This document shows positions 28,679 through 32,000 of a DNA stretch of 32,000 bases, piece after piece (position 1 is the first letter of the stretch; each line of letters starts with the position of its first letter). A program made the translations under genes and the position numbers. Below the pieces are notes generated by a model. That model was given only the letters and a program-made list of their open reading frames with translations. It was not told where the DNA came from and did not search any database. The stretch comes from Nitrosomonas europaea. GTDB taxonomy: Bacteria > Pseudomonadota > Gammaproteobacteria > Burkholderiales > Nitrosomonadaceae. Location: contig NZ_FUWK01000002.1 of assembly GCF_900167395.1 (NCBI RefSeq), forward strand, positions 30,001 through 62,000. The letters are read 5' to 3'.

Positions 28679-30037
28679 TCAGGTCGATTTTTTGTTATAC
28701 AACGCGAGTTTACCTTCAAGATGATGAATGGAAACGGGGCCGGACAGGAAATTGCAATCTGTCAGAAGGTCGAGATGCAACGGTATATTGGTTTTGATGC
28801 CTTCAACGATCATTTCCGTCAATGCTATACGCATACGGGCAATAGCCAGGTCGCGATCATCGCCATAGGCAATTACCTTGGCAATCATGGAATCGTAGTA
28901 AGGTGGTACACGATAGTTGTGATAGATATGTGAATCAACCCTGATTCCCGGGCCGCCCGGAGCATGGTATTGAGTGATGCGCCCGGCCGATGGGGTCAGT
29001 TTATAGGGATCTTCCGCATTGATACGGCATTCTATGGCATGGCCCTTGAACACGATATCCTTCTGCTGCAAAGACAGCTTTTCTCCGGCTGCCACACGAA
29101 TTTGCGCCTGAACCAGATCGATCCCGGTGATCGCCTCCGTTACCGGATGTTCGACCTGCAACCGGGTATTCATCTCAATGAAATAAAATTCATTGTTCTC
29201 GTAAAGAAATTCAAAAGTCCCGACACCGCGATAATTGATACGCTTGCAAGCCTCGACACACAGCTCCCCGATTTTGTCACGCAACTGTACAGAAATACCG
29301 CGGGCAGGTGCTTCTTCAATGATCTTCTGATGGCGACGTTGCATAGAGCAATCCCGCTCCCCCAGATGAACGACATTGCCGTACTCGTCGGCCAGTACCT
29401 GAAATTCGATATGACGAGGGTTTTCCAGGTATTTTTCTGCATAAACAACCGGATTGCCGAATGCAGTCTGCGCCTCGTTACGTGTCGTAATCACCGCGTT
29501 TGAAAGCGCTGCTTCGGTATGCACCACACGCATACCGCGCCCTCCACCGCCTCCGGCCGCTTTAATGATGACCGGATAGCCTATTTCTTTAACGATCTTC
29601 TTTACCTCATCGAGAGATTCCGGTAATGCACCACCGGAACCCGGTACACAAGGTACCCCCGCCTGTCGCATGGCATTTTTGGCACTGACTTTATCCCCCA
29701 TCAACCGGATCGTATCCGGCCGGGGTCCAATAAAGAAAAAGCCGCTTTTTTCCACTCTCTCGGCAAAATCCGCATTCTCGGATAGAAAACCGTAACCCGG
29801 GTGAATGGCTTCAGCATCGGTGACTTCAGCCGCACTGATAATGGCAGGAATGTTCAGATAACTCTGTGCAGAGGCTGCCGGGCCGATACACACCGACTCA
29901 TCGGCCAGTTTGACGTACTTGGCCTCAGCATCTGCTTCAGAATGAACGGCTACTGTTTTAATACCCATGGTGCGACATGCCCGCTGGATGCGCAGCGCGA
30001 TCTCACCACGATTTGCGATCAATATTTTTTCAAACAT
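28679..30037 (-). CDS. accC: acetyl-CoA carboxylase, biotin carboxylase subunit
   Basis: 452 aa starting [36 protein letters not shown]..., with an ATP-grasp core ([10 protein letters not shown]) and [14 protein letters not shown]. Confidence 0.97.
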   Translation of the reverse strand: MFEKILIANRGEIALRIQRACRTMGIKTVAVHSEADAEAKYVKLADESVCIGPAASAQSYLNIPAIISAAEVTDAEAIHPGYGFLSENADFAERVEKSGFFFIGPRPDTIRLMGDKVSAKNAMRQAGVPCVPGSGGALPESLDEVKKIVKEIGYPVIIKAAGGGGGRGMRVVHTEAALSNAVITTRNEAQTAFGNPVVYAEKYLENPRHIEFQVLADEYGNVVHLGERDCSMQRRHQKIIEEAPARGISVQLRDKIGELCVEACKRINYRGVGTFEFLYENNEFYFIEMNTRLQVEHPVTEAITGIDLVQAQIRVAAGEKLSLQQKDIVFKGHAIECRINAEDPYKLTPSAGRITQYHAPGGPGIRVDSHIYHNYRVPPYYDSMIAKVIAYGDDRDLAIARMRIALTEMIVEGIKTNIPLHLDLLTDCNFLSGPVSIHHLEGKLALYNKKST

Positions 30038-30106
30038 AAAAATTAGGTGCTGGGAACCTGGTCTGGATGGATGCTTGAGAATTCAGGAAATCACCCCGGG
30101 AAATCA

Positions 30107-30565
30107 TCATTCGATGACAAACAATGGCTCTCCATATTCAACCGGCTGGCCATTCTCCGGCAAAATGGTCTTGATTTTGCCGTCACGGTCAGCCTCGATT
30201 TCGTTGAGCAGCTTCATGGCTTCGATGATACACAGCGTTTCTCCGGATTTCACATATTGCCCGATTTCGACAAATGGCTTCGCTCCGGGAGCTGAGGCAC
30301 GGTAGAAAGTCCCTACCATGGGGGATTTAACGATATGTCCCTCCGGCAGACCAGGTTTATCCGGTGCATCAGTCTCGCTCACCGTAGCTGTTACCGGCCC
30401 TGCCGGAGCAGGTGCATGATATTGCGGTACTATTGTGGCAGTCGATTGTGTCAGGGTTATGGATTTGCTGATACGTACTTTTTCTTCACCTTCAGTCACT
30501 TCCAGCTCGGTAATACTGTATTCTTCAACTAATTCAATCAATTTTTTGAGTTTTCTCAAATCCAT
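30107..30565 (-). CDS. accB: acetyl-CoA carboxylase, biotin carboxyl carrier protein
   Basis: [23 protein letters not shown]..., an Ala/Pro linker, and the biotinyl-lysine motif [19 protein letters not shown] motif lies upstream. Confidence 0.95.
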   Translation of the reverse strand: MDLRKLKKLIELVEEYSITELEVTEGEEKVRISKSITLTQSTATIVPQYHAPAPAGPVTATVSETDAPDKPGLPEGHIVKSPMVGTFYRASAPGAKPFVEIGQYVKSGETLCIIEAMKLLNEIEADRDGKIKTILPENGQPVEYGEPLFVIE

Positions 30566-30765
30566 ATTTTCCTCCGGGGCGGATCCCGTCCATAAACACT
30601 CTGATTTGTCTTCAGGTTCGAAATTTTTTTGTTTCCTGATAACGATCGTTGACCGATCTGGAACCGAATCAGTTCATCTGATTTGTATTGCTATTCATTT
30701 CAATTATCGGAATCTGCCTGATTGTGGATAAAATCTTTTCAGCGACGCCACCCTGTCCATACTAT

Positions 30766-31209
30766 TTATCTGGTCAAAGCAAATTGAAGCGCCAGTTCAT
30801 ATCCCGCAGCACCCAAACCACTGATGACCCCAACTGCGATATCCGAGAAATAAGAGGTACGACGAAATGATTCACGAGCATAAACATTGGAAAGATGGAT
30901 TTCCACAAATGGCAGGCTGGTAGCAGCCAAAGCGTCACGCAGGGCAATACTGGTATGTGTCAGTGCGGCCGGGTTGATGATAATGAAATCGGTACCATCA
31001 CTCATGGCCCCCTGCACCCGGTCGATCAACTCATGCTCAGCATTGCTCTGAAAGATACTCAATGCTACAGGTGCTGCCTGCGCTTTGACCGTCAGATTCC
31101 TGTTAATATCTTCCAGTGTTGTTTGCCCGTAGACGGCGGGTTCTCTTCTGCCCAGAAGATTCAGATTGGGGCCATGGATCACCAGGATATTTGCAGCCAT
31201 ATCGACCAT
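30766..31209 (-). CDS. aroQ: type II 3-dehydroquinate dehydratase
   Basis: [21 protein letters not shown]...[18 protein letters not shown]...[12 protein letters not shown], the AroQ signature. The start is ambiguous between the ATG at 31209 and the ATG at 31200. Confidence 0.9.
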   Translation of the reverse strand: MVDMAANILVIHGPNLNLLGRREPAVYGQTTLEDINRNLTVKAQAAPVALSIFQSNAEHELIDRVQGAMSDGTDFIIINPAALTHTSIALRDALAATSLPFVEIHLSNVYARESFRRTSYFSDIAVGVISGLGAAGYELALQFALTR

Positions 31210-31371
31210 TCATTTACGATGGCCAATTATGTCCTTTTCTCCTGATATTGTACAGTTTTTTATGTATTTTCCCCGAAGTTACAGCAAAATACCTGATTCT
31301 GGCAAATTACAGAGTTGCTGATTCAGAGGCTGCCTCATTTATCTCTTGCAAACAAATACTGTCGAACGGAA

Positions 31372-32000
31372 ATGGCAAGTGATTTTATAGTGATTGGCGC
31401 AGGAATCATCGGCCTTTCCACTGCGCTTCGATTACTTGAAGAAGGTGCATCAGTCACCCTGCTCGATCGCCGGGAAGCAGGGTGTGAAGCCTCATGGGCG
31501 GGTGGAGGTATTTTGTCTCCTTTATATCCATGGAATTATTCGGATTCCGTAACCCGCCTGGCTGCGTACAGTATGTCACGCTATCCGGAGTGGACGGCAG
31601 CACTGAATACAGCCACTGGTATCGATCCCGAATATCAGATCTGCGGGCTTGTCATTCTTCCACCTTGCGATCCAGAGGCAGCCGTCAACTGGTGCTCCGC
31701 CCATGCGGTACGGCTGACATACCTCTCATCCTCACACCATGGCGGATTATCCTGGGCTCACATCAACGACGAACAGGGAAACGCTCAGGCGCTGTTTCTC
31801 CCTGAAGTTGCTCAGGTTCGCAATCCACGTCTGCTACAGGCGTTATACAAACGTATCAGACAACTGGGCGGAAAGATCATCGAGCATTGCGAAGTCCAGG
31901 AACTGGAGATATCCGGTCAGAAAGTTCATGCCATCCGGACACCATCTGAAAAACACTCTGCTGATCAGTACATTCTTTCAGCTGGTGCCTGGAGCAGAAA
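31372..32000 (+). CDS. FAD-dependent oxidoreductase, DAO family (ThiO/glycine-oxidase-like), 5' part (runs off the window end)
   Basis: This ORF is not in the ORF track because it is open to the window end. From the ATG at 31372 it reads MASDFIVIGAGIIGLSTALRLLEEGASVTLLDRREAGCEASWAGGGILSP... (GxGxxG FAD fold), and the frame stays open through 32000. Confidence 0.75.
   Translation, partial: MASDFIVIGAGIIGLSTALRLLEEGASVTLLDRREAGCEASWAGGGILSPLYPWNYSDSVTRLAAYSMSRYPEWTAALNTATGIDPEYQICGLVILPPCDPEAAVNWCSAHAVRLTYLSSSHHGGLSWAHINDEQGNAQALFLPEVAQVRNPRLLQALYKRIRQLGGKIIEHCEVQELEISGQKVHAIRTPSEKHSADQYILSAGAWSR

Noticed and set aside
31230-31371. Possible TPP (THI-box) riboswitch upstream of the ThiO-like gene, because of ACCTGATTCTGG, which resembles ACCUGAUCUGG.
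   Set aside because: The obligatory CUGAGA block and the GGGG/ACCC pairing partners are absent, and the P4-like stem does not close properly. The resemblance is limited to about 11 nt.
1-32000. I looked for CRISPR arrays, tandem repeats, tRNA/rRNA/tmRNA genes, integrases, reverse transcriptases and restriction-modification genes.
   Set aside because: I found none by eye. The only repeats I could support are the IS inverted repeats, the sbcB patch and the 16-nt cassette inverted repeat. A computational repeat or tRNA scan could still find things I missed.

Overview
This window reads like a beta-proteobacterial chromosome. The housekeeping proteins look Nitrosomonas-like to me, but that is recollection, not a search.

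Conserved backbone, in order:
- rfbC (partial) and rfbA
- a tartronate-semialdehyde-reductase-like gene overlapping glcDEF (glycolate oxidase)
- a ygjP-like metallopeptidase plus sbcB
- the methyl-cycle cluster: metK, then an SAH riboswitch, ahcY and metF
- an SDR, tsaE and an AMIN-domain amidase
- a DUF3426 zinc-ribbon gene, prmA, accC, accB and aroQ
- the start of a ThiO-like flavoprotein

Between sbcB (start codon at 8366) and metF (stop codon at 20336) lie about 12 kb of mosaic accessory DNA:
1. a deletion-fused vapBC relic;
2. a clearly GC-rich, tightly packed five-gene cassette (membrane fusion protein, HME-type RND pump, NodT outer-membrane factor, OmpR-type regulator, sensor kinase). 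It is bracketed by a 16-nt imperfect inverted repeat and has no mobility gene inside;
3. a host-like-GC NYN-LOTUS nuclease gene;
4. a diverged internal sbcB relic whose identity to the intact sbcB steps sharply from about 65% to about 94%;
5. an IS982-family element with perfect 21-bp inverted repeats but a transposase broken into three frames;
6. a very AT-rich stretch carrying a split multi-TM ORF.

I do not see a convincing new multi-gene system: by eye there is no CRISPR array, reverse transcriptase, restriction-modification genes or recognisable defence operon. The items most worth a second look are the sbcB relic and its direct-repeat architecture, the IR-bracketed efflux cassette, the orphan NYN-LOTUS gene and the AT-rich membrane ORFs. 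I found no tRNA or rRNA gene by eye.
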